A stretch of 64,000 nucleotides of DNA from an uncultured Armatimonadetes bacterium (lineage in GTDB: Bacteria; Armatimonadota; UBA5829; DTJY01), in assembly GCA_963717145.1 (NCBI GenBank), contig OY970325.1, positions 736,001 to 800,000 of the forward strand, read 5' to 3'. Shown piece after piece: positions 29,719 through 40,126 of this stretch. The notes beneath the pieces were generated by a model that ran no database searches, was not told the origin of the DNA, and was given only the letters and a program-made list of their open reading frames with translations. A program made the position numbers and the translations under genes. The first letter of the stretch is position 1; each line of letters starts with the position of its first letter.

Positions 29719-30585
29719 CTATCCAGCTCCGATCCCCGCCAAGACCGCATCCGGGGCGACCATGAGCCTCTTCAGCCCGAGGTCGCTGTCCGAGAGACCG
29801 AATGCGACGCCTAAGAGCTGCGTGAAGTAGAAGATCGGCATGCCGTACTGCTCGCCGTACTTCGCCTCGACCTGTGGCTGCCTCGTATCGAGGTTCGCCT
29901 GACAGAGTGGGCACGCGGTGACGATGCAGTTCGCCCCGGAGCGCTTTGCCATCGAGAGGATGTCGTGCGTTAGCTTGACGACGATGTCCGACTTCGAGAG
30001 CGCCAGGCTCGCACCGCAGCACTCGTTCTTGTAAGGCCACTCGACGGGTTCAGCGCCGACCGCCGACATGATGCCGTCCATCGATGTCGGGTTCTCAGCG
30101 TCGTCGAAGCAAGCGACCTTCGGCGGGCGCGTGAGCAGGCATCCGTAGTAACATGCAGCCTTCAGACCGGTGAGTTCGCGCTTCACGTGTGACTTGATCT
30201 CGTCCTCGGGTACCTGAGCGATCGCTTCGAGCAGCGAGAGAATCTTGATGTTGCCATGATACTCGAGTCCGGACTTCTCCGTGATCGAGCGTATCAGCCC
30301 CGGATCGTCCTTCGCCGCATGATCCGCCGATTTCAGGCGGTTGAAGCACGCCGCGCACGGAGCGACCACGTCGAGGCCCATCGTCTCGGCCTTCGCCAGG
30401 TTCCGCAGAGGGAGCGCGACGCCCAGTTCGCGGTTCGTGGCATGGGCGGAAGTCGCCCCGCAGCAGTTCCAGTCCGGAATCTCGACAAGCTCGATGCCGA
30501 GCGCGCGGCAGACCGCCTCGGTCGAGTCGCCATATTCCTTTGCCGTAGAGTGCAGCGAGCACCCGGGGAAATATGCGTATTTCAT
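29719..30585 (-). CDS. hdrB: Heterodisulfide reductase subunit B (two CCG domains)
   Basis: YFPGCSL, WNCCGA, YYGCLL, ECCGA, TACPLCQANLD. Confidence 0.93.
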   Translation of the reverse strand: MKYAYFPGCSLHSTAKEYGDSTEAVCRALGIELVEIPDWNCCGATSAHATNRELGVALPLRNLAKAETMGLDVVAPCAACFNRLKSADHAAKDDPGLIRSITEKSGLEYHGNIKILSLLEAIAQVPEDEIKSHVKRELTGLKAACYYGCLLTRPPKVACFDDAENPTSMDGIMSAVGAEPVEWPYKNECCGASLALSKSDIVVKLTHDILSMAKRSGANCIVTACPLCQANLDTRQPQVEAKYGEQYGMPIFYFTQLLGVAFGLSDSDLGLKRLMVAPDAVLAGIGAG

Positions 30586-31142
30586 CTTGTTTTCCTGAAT
30601 ATCCGCTTGATCTCGCCCATGCCCTTGATCGCCTTCGGGATCAGCACGAGCTTGCCCTTGAGGAACATCTTCACGCCGAGGAAGATATCGGAGAAGAGGT
30701 CCATGCTCCTGATCTTGTACTCGCCGAGCATGCTGACCTCGTGTACGCGGCCCATGCGCTCGACCGACCTCAGGAACGTCTCGTGGAACGTCTTGACGGC
30801 GGGCTCACCGGCGGCCTCACCGCGCGCCATCGCGGTTTGCCTGAGAGCATCCATGACCTTCGAAAGCTCGACGCTCCTCGGGCATCGGGTCGCGCAGGTC
30901 TCGCATCCGACACAGAGCCAGATCATCGACGACCGCAGGGCTTCCTTGTCCATGCCGAGTTGGACCAACCGGGACACCTGGTTCGGCATGATATCCGCGG
31001 CATAGGCGACCGGGCATCCCGCGGTGCACTCGCCGCACTGATAGCACGACTTGATGTTCTGCCCGCTGAGCTTCTCGATCTCCGATATGAACGTCCGATC
31101 ATCGGACACGACGACTCTTTCTTCCGTAGCGGCTTGCGCCAT
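30582..31142 (-). CDS. hdrC: Heterodisulfide reductase subunit C
   Basis: CYQCGECTAGCP, WLCVGCETCATRCP. Confidence 0.92.
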   Translation of the reverse strand: MAQAATEERVVVSDDRTFISEIEKLSGQNIKSCYQCGECTAGCPVAYAADIMPNQVSRLVQLGMDKEALRSSMIWLCVGCETCATRCPRSVELSKVMDALRQTAMARGEAAGEPAVKTFHETFLRSVERMGRVHEVSMLGEYKIRSMDLFSDIFLGVKMFLKGKLVLIPKAIKGMGEIKRIFRKTR

Positions 31143-31176
31143 CAGCAGATTCCTCCGACGTGGTTCGTCCGGGGAT

Positions 31177-31205
31177 ATTATATCAGTTTGTGCGGGATAT
31201 CACAA
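31177..31205 (-). promoter_or_regulatory. hdr-flx operon promoter with overlapping Rex-like operator
   Basis: Minus strand TTGTGA-17 nt-TATAAT; 18-bp TTGTGAtatcccgCACAA at 31188-31205. Confidence 0.62.
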
Positions 31206-31381
31206 CGGGCGTTCGCACGACTTGTTAGCCGTCGGTTGGGCCTTTTCCTCCCGACAACGCGCGAAGGAGGAAAACCGATCTACAGCAGAGAATACGTTCG
31301 GCAAGTAGGCAACGGATGGTTAGGATGCGCAGTCAGGCATCTTGATCGCCGTCTCGAACGAGTACAAAGGGAGGTACGGAT

Positions 31382-32629
31382 TTGAGTACGAAAGCTGCTG
31401 GTTCCGACACCGCTTATAGCCACCGCGGCCAGCTCTTCGCCGCAAGCTGCATGGCGCTTGTGGTGAGCGCCATTGCATTCGGTATCCGTGGTGATACCCT
31501 GGGTGATTTCGTCAACCAGTTTGGCAGGCAGTATGCCAAACCCGAGGAGGCGATAGGATGGGCGATCACCGGCGCGTTCTGGGGCTTCACGATCGCCATC
31601 GCCTTCAGCGGCGTCGTGTGCGACTGGCTGGGCATGAAGGCGCTCCTGGTATTCGCCTGGATTCTTCACATGATCGGCATTTCCGGCACAGTATTCGCCA
31701 ACAGCATCATGATGCTGGCAGTAGGGACGCTGTTGATCGGACTGGGAAACGGCTTCATCGAAGGCGCCGTGAACCCTCTCGTGGTTACGCTGTTTCCTAA
31801 CAACAAGACAGCCAAGCTGAATGCACTGCACGCCTGGTGGCCGGGCGGGATTGTGATTGGTACCCTCGTCGCGTACCTTCTGGGACTGGGCCACGCGAGT
31901 TGGCAGATCAAGACCGGCGTGTTGTTCATCCCCACTCTTATCTACGGTGCGATGTTCATCGGCCTGAAGCTTCCGCCGACCGAGCGCGTTCAGTCCGGCG
32001 TCTCCACGGGGCGAATGTGGAAGGCGGTCTTTTCGCTGTTCCTGTTGTTCTGGGTCTGCATGTGGTTCACTGCTTTCACAGAGTTAGGAACCAACCAATG
32101 GATCTCTGAGATGCTGAAGCAGTCCGGAGTCAAGGTGGGCACCCTGGTCCTGGGGTGGATCAGCTTCGTCATGCTGGTCGGCCGAATCTTCGCGGGCCCC
32201 GTCATTCACAAGTTGAAACCGATCGGATTGCTGCTTCTCTCTGCGGTCGTCTCGGTACTTGGCCTGCTGGCGCTGAGTGTGGCGAAGGGGCCTGTGATGG
32301 CGTTTGCGGCTGCGACGGTCTTCTCCGTCGGGGTCTGCTATTTCTGGCCCACGATGCTCGGCTACACCTCGGAGCGCTGGCCTGAGGGTGGTGCATTGAC
32401 TATGGGTCTGATGGGCGCTGCCGGCATGGCGTCCGCCGGTTTCGCACAGCCCATATTCGGCTGGTTGTTCGCAGGCCGCGGAACTGCAGGTTGCCTGCAA
32501 ACGGTGGCCATCCTGCCTGGCATTGCGGCCATCATCTTTGTGTTCTTCTACCTGGGCCATCGCAAGGAAGGCGGTTACAAGGCTGTAAAGCTGGATGAAG
32601 TGGAGCAGGCCCCGACCTCGGAGTGCTGA
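31382..32629 (+). CDS. MFS transporter (sugar-type)
   Basis: About 12 hydrophobic helices, GVVCDWLGMK motif A, LHAWWPGG; GGAGG RBS with TTG start. Confidence 0.88.
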   Translation: MSTKAAGSDTAYSHRGQLFAASCMALVVSAIAFGIRGDTLGDFVNQFGRQYAKPEEAIGWAITGAFWGFTIAIAFSGVVCDWLGMKALLVFAWILHMIGISGTVFANSIMMLAVGTLLIGLGNGFIEGAVNPLVVTLFPNNKTAKLNALHAWWPGGIVIGTLVAYLLGLGHASWQIKTGVLFIPTLIYGAMFIGLKLPPTERVQSGVSTGRMWKAVFSLFLLFWVCMWFTAFTELGTNQWISEMLKQSGVKVGTLVLGWISFVMLVGRIFAGPVIHKLKPIGLLLLSAVVSVLGLLALSVAKGPVMAFAAATVFSVGVCYFWPTMLGYTSERWPEGGALTMGLMGAAGMASAGFAQPIFGWLFAGRGTAGCLQTVAILPGIAAIIFVFFYLGHRKEGGYKAVKLDEVEQAPTSEC

Positions 32630-32892
32630 CCCCGGCAAACCTGAGCAGTGACCTTCCGATCGTGATACTGAGCGTTTCAGCGATCACATAGGAATAGAAG
32701 TTGGCGAGAGGGCCGAGCAGAATGCGATCTGCTCGGCCCTTTCTACGAGCCGCCGTTTTCTGGGACGGCAATCGTTTCCGCACTATCAGCATTTGACAGC
32801 CCGGCACGGCGCGAGTTGGGTACAACATATATTGTGCCGGCCGGCATGCAGTGTGTGCCATGCAGGCAAACTGAGTTGCCAGGGAGTTGACC

Positions 32893-34529
32893 ATGCCTCG
32901 AGTGCGTCACAGGACTAGCTTAAGAACGAAGCTGCTGATCATTCTGCTGGCAGCGGTACTCGTGCCGTCAATCGTTGTCGCGACGATGCTCATGCGCAAC
33001 GGCATGCACGTGCATCTCTCGCTGCTGTGGCTGGCAGGGTTTGCATTGTTGTTTGTGCTGCTTGGCAAGTACATCAGCCTCAGGGTAACCGGCCCGCTCG
33101 CCAGGCTCAAGGAAGGCGCCGAGATCATCGGCAGCGGCAATCTGGACTATCGAATCGATGTTGGGACCGGCGACGAGATCGAGGATCTGGCGGATGCGTT
33201 CAATCGGACGGCTGCGAGGCTCGAGACGTCATACCATGAACTCGAGCAGGAGCACTCGCGGGCAGTGGTCGCGGCCAGGCAGGCGGACACCCTATATCAC
33301 GTGTCGCAGGCGCTGGTCTCGACACTCAGGCTTGATGAGACTCTCGATCTGATCGCACGAAGTCTCGCAGACGTTTGTGATACCGACAAGGTCGCACTCT
33401 GGCTGGTCAAGGGGAATGTCTTGTCGCCCACGACCGCGTATGGTCTGACCGAGCAGGAAGACAAGGCATTCAAAGGGTGGGAGGCTCATCTCGAAGAGGC
33501 GGCCGGGTTGACGAAGCAAGCGATCACCACTCGAAAGCCCGTGATCGTTACAGATGCAGCGACGGACGAAAGGGTATCTCATCGAATGCTCGAGCAGTTC
33601 CCGGTAGATCCATTCTCGCGCTCCCACTGGTGATCGAGGATGACGTTATCGGCTATGCGATCACATTCGAAGCAGGAAAGGTCCGCGAGTTCACTGATTA
33701 CCAGGTATCGATGGCAAGGGCGGTGGCCGCGCAGGCCGGCGTTGCCATCCGGAATGCACAGGCATACGAGCGAGAGCGACGAATCGCCGAAACGCTCCAG
33801 AGGTCGCTTCTGCCACAAGTACCGCCCAGGTTCGGCTCCTTCGAGATCGCCGATAGGTACAGTTCTGCACTGTCCGAGGCCGAGATTGGGGGCAACTTCT
33901 ATGATCTGGTCGAGCTTTCCCCAACGCGAATGGCCTTCGTAATGGCCGACATATCAGGCAAGGGACTGAGCGCCGCAGTCCACACTGCGATGATGAAATA
34001 CATGCTCAGGGCCTACAGCCTCGATGATATGGACGGTCCGGCGCTGATCCGCCGATTGAACCGTGCGGTCTGGAAGTACATCGGGGAGCAGATGTTCATC
34101 ACATTCTTCTATGGCGTACTCGACACGGAGGCTAAGCGGCTCACCTATGTGAATGCCGGACATGAACTGCCCCTGCTCTTCGGTGCGGAGCGACATCTGT
34201 GCCTGCGTCTGGAAACCACCGGAACGGCGCTCGGCATCTTCCCGGATTATGATTTTGACGAGGCAAGCATCGAGTTCATGCCAGGCGATTCGCTGCTGCT
34301 GTATACCGATGGCGCAACTGATGTCAGGCGTGACCGTGTGTTCCTGGGCGAAGACGGTGTCGAGGCGATCTTCAGCCATGCGGCCGCCGGAAACGCGCAT
34401 CAGATCGTGGACGCAGTGGACGCCGGTATACGCGAATACGCCTCCAACGAACTGCACGATGACGTGGCGCTCATGGTGATCAAGTACACTGTGGGCGATG
34501 TGGATCGGGCGTCTGAATCTCTGATATGA
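32893..34529 (+). CDS. Membrane HAMP-GAF-PP2C (SpoIIE/RsbU-type) phosphatase; frameshift near 33605
   Basis: Two TM helices, GDEIEDLADAFN (HAMP), GAF, LQRSLLP, ADISGKG, NAGH, YTDG, DDVA. Confidence 0.88.
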
Positions 34530-34747
34530 GCAGGTCCGAAGCGTATGCTTGGCAGGTTTTCAATAATGCTTCACACCAGCAAGCGTGGCCGGTTAAACTC
34601 TCTGACGATTGTGAAATCCTGGCGATATTCCGCGCGTGGACGTCACCTATACAGGGCGCGGCTATCACGTCGGAACCGAGGATTTCCAGGGCTGTTGACG
34701 GCCAAACTTGTGGCCGAAAGATCATATTTCCGACCCCCTCAATTTCA

Positions 34748-34776
34748 TTGACAGTCCGCTCGGCCCGTGGTATATT
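34748..34776 (+). promoter_or_regulatory. sigma70-type promoter
   Basis: TTGACA-17 nt-TATATT with TG extension. Confidence 0.65.
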
Positions 34777-34926
34777 TGTCCCTGCGGCTACCAACCACTG
34801 CACTGTTGGTTCCAGAGCAGGCAGTCGGTTACCCCCTGCCATGGCATCTGCCGCTTCTATCGGGAAACACAAGAGCGCCCGCGTCGCCAGACAAGGGACT
34901 AGAGCAGTATTGGGTGAGGGACAAGG

Positions 34927-35376
34927 ATGACCACTGAAGTACAGATTCGCAAGAGCCGCAACTACCTTCCACACCTCCGTAAGGTCGTCGCGTGCCTGGC
35001 CGCCGGGTTGGGCATGAGTCGCCGCGAAGCCGAGGACGCCGAGGAAGCAGTCAACGAGATATGCGCGTCATCCATCGAAGCGGCCGAGGGCAATTCGGAG
35101 GGCAGTCTCTCAATAAAGGTGCAGACATGCGAGGACTGCATGACGGTCGACATCAGCGATCCCGCATGTGCGTTCAAGCCATCCGACCGCGGGCAATGGC
35201 TCTGCGGCGCAGCATCGGCGGGTACCTATCGGAAGGTAAGGCGACTGGCTGACGAGATGAAGTTCATACCGGCCAGCCAGGGCACGACCATCCGGCTTAC
35301 CAAGCGGGCACGGGCTACCGCCCGGAGGATCGTGCCGTCCACGCATCAATCGCCGACGAGCACCTTGCACGCCTGA
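34927..35376 (+). CDS. RsbW/SpoIIAB-like HATPase_c protein, degenerate
   Basis: LPHLRKVV...GMS..EAEDAEEAVNE...VDISD...RRLADEM...GTTIRLTK fold pattern; N and G boxes eroded. Confidence 0.7.
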   Translation: MTTEVQIRKSRNYLPHLRKVVACLAAGLGMSRREAEDAEEAVNEICASSIEAAEGNSEGSLSIKVQTCEDCMTVDISDPACAFKPSDRGQWLCGAASAGTYRKVRRLADEMKFIPASQGTTIRLTKRARATARRIVPSTHQSPTSTLHA

Positions 35377-36562
35377 ACGATCGGCTCGAGGATTGCTCGC
35401 ACCACCGCTTTGGCCGACTCACTGTTCCTGATGCTGTCCGCGATCGGCGGGCTGATGGTATAGTACAGGTCCACCAACTGCTTGCCTACCGGGTTGGTCA
35501 GCAGGTACCGGTCTCGGAACTGCCTGAGAGCCAGCACCTCATTGTCCATCGGAGTTCCGTATGCCGCGGTCGCGATGAAGCACTTGGGCGAGCCGTAGCT
35601 TGTCTTGCTGAAGTCGATCTGCGTGATCACCCACCGATCGCGATCGCGCTGCAGATAGTACACGAGCTTAGCCGTTCGATGCTTGCCATCCGGTCCGTCG
35701 AACTCATGGACCGCCACCGCCCTGACCTCATGCCCGTCCCGGTCTGCCGAAGTGAACCTGAACTCAGTCGTTCTGATGCGGCCGATAGCCTCATCCGTCA
35801 GCTTGTAGATCTCGCGAGGCGAGAGGCTGTGGGAATACTTGCCCTTATAGTAGATGCCCACGCTTCTGTCTGCGTTGATATGCCACATCAGAAACTCGGG
35901 GTTCCGCTCCCACCAGGTTGCCTCGATGTCATTCAAGGCCTCTTCGAGTGAGCCGGGAAGGGCGGACCGATAGCTGTAGTCGCGTCCCCAATCGCGGCGA
36001 GGACTGCGCCAGTCATCGTCGATGATGATGACGGTGCCCCGGTTGTAGTATGGATACGCGGACCAGAAATCGCGGTCGTAAGGGTAATAGAACGAGTCGC
36101 CGTAATGACGGCGGTACTTGTACTCGGGATCGCTGCGCTCGTCCCGCTTCCCAAACTGTCCTGACACGCTGGGGGTTCCCTCATCACGCCGCGTAGACTG
36201 ATCGCTCGCACGCGGCTCCTCACGGCGATCGGACGACGAGTTGTTGCCGCTTGTCTCCTGCCGATTGCCGAAGACGCTGCCCGACGATCGGTCCTGCTCC
36301 GTGTTCTGCGGCTTGGAAGGCGCAGGTCTGTCTTCTCTGGGCGCAGGCCTCTCTTCTTTGTCGCCGGCTTCTCTTCTTTCGGCGCGGGCTTCTCCTGGCT
36401 GTCCGAGGAGTTGTCCCTCGGCTTCACGACTCCCTTGGCATCGGCCGTCTGGAGGTATCGCGGACCCGCGGCAAAGACCAGTACCCCCGCGAAGAGCATG
36501 GCGAGTGCGAAGAAAGACCATCGGAATCTGGAACGGCGCAATGAACTAATCATCTCGGTCAC
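35346..36562 (-). CDS. Secreted low-complexity protein with NTF2-like domain and C-terminal CFI-box-CTERM; frameshift near 36360
   Basis: Signal peptide in ORF 35933-36562; body in ORF 35346-36521 ending CFIATAAYG...LRQFRDRYL...YYTISPPIA. Confidence 0.78.
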
Positions 36563-36580
36563 CTCATGCAGTCAGAAAGC

Positions 36581-36609
36581 AAAACCCCGGGACTGAGCGT
36601 CCCGGGGTT
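36581..36609 (-). terminator. Intrinsic terminator between the two paralogues
   Basis: aaccccgggac-gctca-gtcccggggtttt on the minus strand. Confidence 0.75.
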
Positions 36610-36618
36610 GGGGCAGCT

Positions 36619-37827
36619 TCAGATGGGCATTGTAGAAGAGCCCACCGCCACTATGTACCACTCGCCTCCGTTTCGCTCGAAGGTGTACGTGATGTAGACG
36701 GTCTTCAGCAGCCCGGATTCATCGGCGTATGTGTGCCTGCCGTGAGCAACATACAAGTTGCCATCCCGTCGGGTCACCCTGTCGAAATCGAAGGTCCGCG
36801 TTTGGATCACGGACATGGCGTCACGTGTCATATCGTAGTAGTCCAGCCAGTCGACCGAGTAGGTGTATTCGCCTTTCAGGAATACCTCGATCGTGCTGTT
36901 TCGCTTCACGTGGTCCATGACAAGCTCGGGATTGGAGAGTTCCCAGCCTCGCTGGATATCGCGGAGGTTCGCCCACAACTCCTTGTCGCCCCGATCGCGA
37001 AGATAGTAGTCGTCAGACCTCTGGTACAGGAAGACCGGTATCTCGACGTAGATCCTGGCGCTGGACAACCTGGCACTGAAGACCACGCGGTCATAGCTGA
37101 TGTATGGCGGGCAGTAATCGTAGTAGTAGCAGTACAACGACGGGTAGCAGTCCCGCGGCCGATAGTCATAGGAGTAGTATCGGTATCGGAATGGGGAGCG
37201 GTACGAATGCGAACTCCAGTTCCGATCGTATGGCCTGTCATAGTACAAGCTGGGTCGCCTGTCATCATTGCGCCGGGAATCCCAGTTGCGGTCCGAGGAC
37301 CTGCTGCGACTCTCCTGGCGATTCTTCCAGATGTCGCCGATGTCGGCGTAGTCCTTGCGGTATGTGGGAGTCGGCCTCTTGTCATCCGGTCGGGAGCCAG
37401 GTGTGCGAAGGGAGTACTGCTGGTCGAGGCTGCTCCTCGGTGAACTCGACGGTGACTCGTAGCGCCGCACATTGTACCTGCTGTCGAGGTCTGAACGCGA
37501 GGACGATCCACTGGAGACGCTCGAACGGCTGGAGTTGCTCGAACTCGAGTTGTGGGAACTGGATGGCGCGTTCGAGCTATGAGAACTGGACGACGAACTC
37601 GAGTTCGAATTGGAATTGGAATTGGAACTCGAGTTCGAACTAGACTTTGAACTGGAGCCCGAATCGGACTTCTTTGAACTCGAGTTCGAATCGGAGTTGC
37701 CCCCGCCTGAGGACTTGACGGACCCCTTGGCGTATACGGGCTGCTCGATGGTTACTGTCAGAGCCGCCACTGCAATCATGGCGAGGACCACTGTGATCGA
37801 GAGGATTGTCCGTAACCTGATATGCAT
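36619..37827 (-). CDS. Secreted Ser-rich and Tyr/Arg-rich protein with C-terminal NTF2-like domain, paralogue of the downstream gene
   Basis: Signal peptide, long Ser tract; LRDIQRGWELSNPEL...KGEYTYS aligns with LNDIEATWWERNPEF...KGKYSHS. Confidence 0.8.
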   Translation of the reverse strand: MHIRLRTILSITVVLAMIAVAALTVTIEQPVYAKGSVKSSGGGNSDSNSSSKKSDSGSSSKSSSNSSSNSNSNSNSSSSSSSHSSNAPSSSHNSSSSNSSRSSVSSGSSSRSDLDSRYNVRRYESPSSSPRSSLDQQYSLRTPGSRPDDKRPTPTYRKDYADIGDIWKNRQESRSRSSDRNWDSRRNDDRRPSLYYDRPYDRNWSSHSYRSPFRYRYYSYDYRPRDCYPSLYCYYYDYCPPYISYDRVVFSARLSSARIYVEIPVFLYQRSDDYYLRDRGDKELWANLRDIQRGWELSNPELVMDHVKRNSTIEVFLKGEYTYSVDWLDYYDMTRDAMSVIQTRTFDFDRVTRRDGNLYVAHGRHTYADESGLLKTVYITYTFERNGGEWYIVAVGSSTMPI

Positions 37828-38074
37828 CGCTCATCACTCCTTTGCTGAAAAACGGAATTACTTCGAAGGAGCACTCTCTGTACTATTAGACGCTGAAAAC
37901 ACCACTTTGTTTCAAATTTCTGATGTGAAACGACGGCACGGGTGAAAACATCTGTTCGGTGCATAACCGAGCATCACGTCTGCATTCCGTGACCACCTCA
38001 GACGCAGAGAATCGGCAACACCCTCTGCTATTCGTGATACCCAGAGAAGTGTTGTCTCAGTCGGGGGGCGATGC

Positions 38075-38527
38075 CTAGCGCTTGCGGTTGCCTCGTTTGA
38101 TCTCGATGTTCCGCTTCAGGTCAAGCTGGCGATCGTCGCTGTCTTTCAGGAAACTGCTCAGCCGATCCTCGAAGGAGCCGTTCTCGAGCCTGACTCGCTT
38201 CTCTCCATGGCCGTCCGGGCCAAGGTTCACCGGCTCCGGTCTCCGCTCGATGGGCTTTCGAGGTTCTCGAACCGGAGCAGGCTCTGGAGCGGGCTGTTCG
38301 ATTCCCTTGGCGGTAAGCTGATATCGGCCCTTGCCGTTCACGCTCAGGACCTTCACCCGCACCCGGTCGCGCTCCTTGAAGTAGTCGCTGATGTCCCTGA
38401 CGAAGGTGCTGGCCACTTCGGAGATGTGAATCAGACCGGTATTACCGCCGGCAAGCCGAACGATCGCCCCGTATTCGGCAAGCTTGACTATTGTTCCGTC
38501 TACTGTGGTGCCGATCTCAAGGCTCAT
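38075..38527 (-). CDS. S1 RNA-binding domain protein (YabR/YugI-like)
   Basis: YGAIVRL..GLIHISEVA..FVRDI; C-terminal SFEDRLSSFLKDS. Confidence 0.9.
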   Translation of the reverse strand: MSLEIGTTVDGTIVKLAEYGAIVRLAGGNTGLIHISEVASTFVRDISDYFKERDRVRVKVLSVNGKGRYQLTAKGIEQPAPEPAPVREPRKPIERRPEPVNLGPDGHGEKRVRLENGSFEDRLSSFLKDSDDRQLDLKRNIEIKRGNRKR

Positions 38528-38598
38528 GCTGTTCTGAGGACTCCCTCCTTGCACTTTAAGTTCAGCGTGAAAGAGTAGGAATTTGGAGTTCTGGAGCC

Positions 38599-38627
38599 AG
38601 TATATCGGGAGGTATATGCCTTGTCAA
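38599..38627 (-). promoter_or_regulatory. sigma70-type promoter of the S1 gene
   Basis: TTGACA-17 nt-TATACT on the minus strand. Confidence 0.75.
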
Positions 38628-38759
38628 CAGGCATTTTTACCAGTATTTGGGCAACCGAGCAACCCATTCGTCCGGGAGACGAAGTCACTGAATCGTCATT
38701 ACGGGCCGGTTCGTGGTATACTGACTGCCGAATCAGAGGGTTTCGGGAGGTGCAAACGA

Positions 38760-40106
38760 GTGGGCTCAGAGCATTCATACGACGTGTTGGTCGCAGGCGG
38801 TGGAGTCGCCGGAGTCGCGGCCGCGGTCAGTGCGGCAAGACAGGGCGCGAAGACACTCCTGGTCGAGAGGTACGGATTCCTCGGCGGGATGGGGACCGCC
38901 GGGCTGGTCAACCCATTCATGAGTTCCTTCACGTCGACCGGCGAGCCGCTCGTTGGTGGATTCTTTAGTGAGATCTGTGCCCGAATGAAGGACCTGGGCG
39001 GGCTGTTCGGTCGCGCGTTCGACCCGGAAGCGATGAAGTTCGCCTCACAGGAGATGGTCCTCGAAGCGGGTGGGGAACTGCTCCTTCACACATGGATCAC
39101 CGGCGCGCGGATGAATGGCAGCGAGATCATCGGGGTCGAGGCGCTCACCAAGAACGGGATGAGAGACATCGATGCGCGGGTCGTAGTGGATGCGACCGGC
39201 GACGGAGATATCGCGGCGATGTCCGGCGCTCAGTTCGAGATGGGCGGCCCCGAAGGCCTCACCCAGGCGATGACGCTCATGTTCACCGTCGGCGGCGTCG
39301 AGATGCGGAAGTGCCTGGAATACGCGCTCAAGCACCCCGATGAGATGCGTTTCCCGAAGCCGTCGAGCCAGGAGGCGGTCGAGCAGATGCTCCGGGGCGC
39401 GGTCGGCGTCGCCGGGTTCTACAAGGAGGTCGACGAGGCCCGCGAGAAGGGAGAGTTCCCTGTCCCTCAGGAGATGGTCTTCTTCATCGCGATGCCGACT
39501 CCCGGCCAGGTGGTGGTGAACACCACGCACATCGGCGGCGTGAACGGGACCGACTCGTGGGATCTGACCAAGGCTGAGATCGAGTGCCGTCGTCAGGCGA
39601 TGGCTCTGATGAAGTTCTTCAGGAAGTACGTTCCCGGTTTCGAGAACTCATACATGATGCAGACTGCGACTCAGATCGGGATCCGTGAGACCCGTCGAGT
39701 CATCGGCGAGCACGTGTTCAACGTCGACGATGTGGCCGAGGGTCGCAAGTATCCGGATGTGATCATGCGCTCGGCCTATGCGGTGGACATCCATTCGCCG
39801 GTCGGGCGCGGATACGTTCGCAAGGATGACGGCAAGCCGGGGATCGCGCCTCCCTCAGGCAATTGGTATGAGGTGCCCTATCGGTGTCTCGTGCCGCTGG
39901 ATGTCGAGCAACTCCTGGTCGCGGGCCGGTGCATATCTTCCACGCACGAGGGACAGGCGGCGATGCGGATCATGCCGAACTGCATGGCGCTCGGTCAGGC
40001 GGCCGGGACCGCGGCGGGGCTCTGCATCGAGCAGGGTGTTTCGCCGCGCGCTCTCGATGCCGACCTGTTGAGAACGGCGCTCCTTCGCGAGGGTGCGATC
40101 ATCTAA
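38760..40106 (+). CDS. FAD-dependent oxidoreductase (FAD_oxidored family)
   Basis: YDVLVAGGGVAG, DATGDGD, GIRETRR, VPYRCLVP...VAGRCIS; GGAGGT RBS. Confidence 0.88.
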   Translation: MGSEHSYDVLVAGGGVAGVAAAVSAARQGAKTLLVERYGFLGGMGTAGLVNPFMSSFTSTGEPLVGGFFSEICARMKDLGGLFGRAFDPEAMKFASQEMVLEAGGELLLHTWITGARMNGSEIIGVEALTKNGMRDIDARVVVDATGDGDIAAMSGAQFEMGGPEGLTQAMTLMFTVGGVEMRKCLEYALKHPDEMRFPKPSSQEAVEQMLRGAVGVAGFYKEVDEAREKGEFPVPQEMVFFIAMPTPGQVVVNTTHIGGVNGTDSWDLTKAEIECRRQAMALMKFFRKYVPGFENSYMMQTATQIGIRETRRVIGEHVFNVDDVAEGRKYPDVIMRSAYAVDIHSPVGRGYVRKDDGKPGIAPPSGNWYEVPYRCLVPLDVEQLLVAGRCISSTHEGQAAMRIMPNCMALGQAAGTAAGLCIEQGVSPRALDADLLRTALLREGAII

Positions 40107-40126
40107 GTCTAAGAGGTACTGCTGTC

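Noticed and set aside
23454..31142. Evidence for methanogenesis, sulfate reduction or a hydrogenase
   Set aside because: Hdr-Flx is widespread in fermentative bacteria; no mcr, dsr or NiFe/FeFe catalytic subunit is in the window
32821..32836. NrdR-box-like tacaacatatattgtg
   Set aside because: Imperfect single match, and the downstream gene is a phosphatase rather than a nucleotide reductase
34777..34926. RBS-sequestering switch in the leader of the RsbW-like gene (gtccct pairing with either of two agggac)
   Set aside because: The 5' strand lies within about 7 nt of the -10 box, so it is probably mostly untranscribed; the remaining stems are short
37520..37700. Repetitive DNA with repeated gaactcgagttc
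   Set aside because: Explained by the Ser/Asn low-complexity coding tract of the 36619-37827 gene
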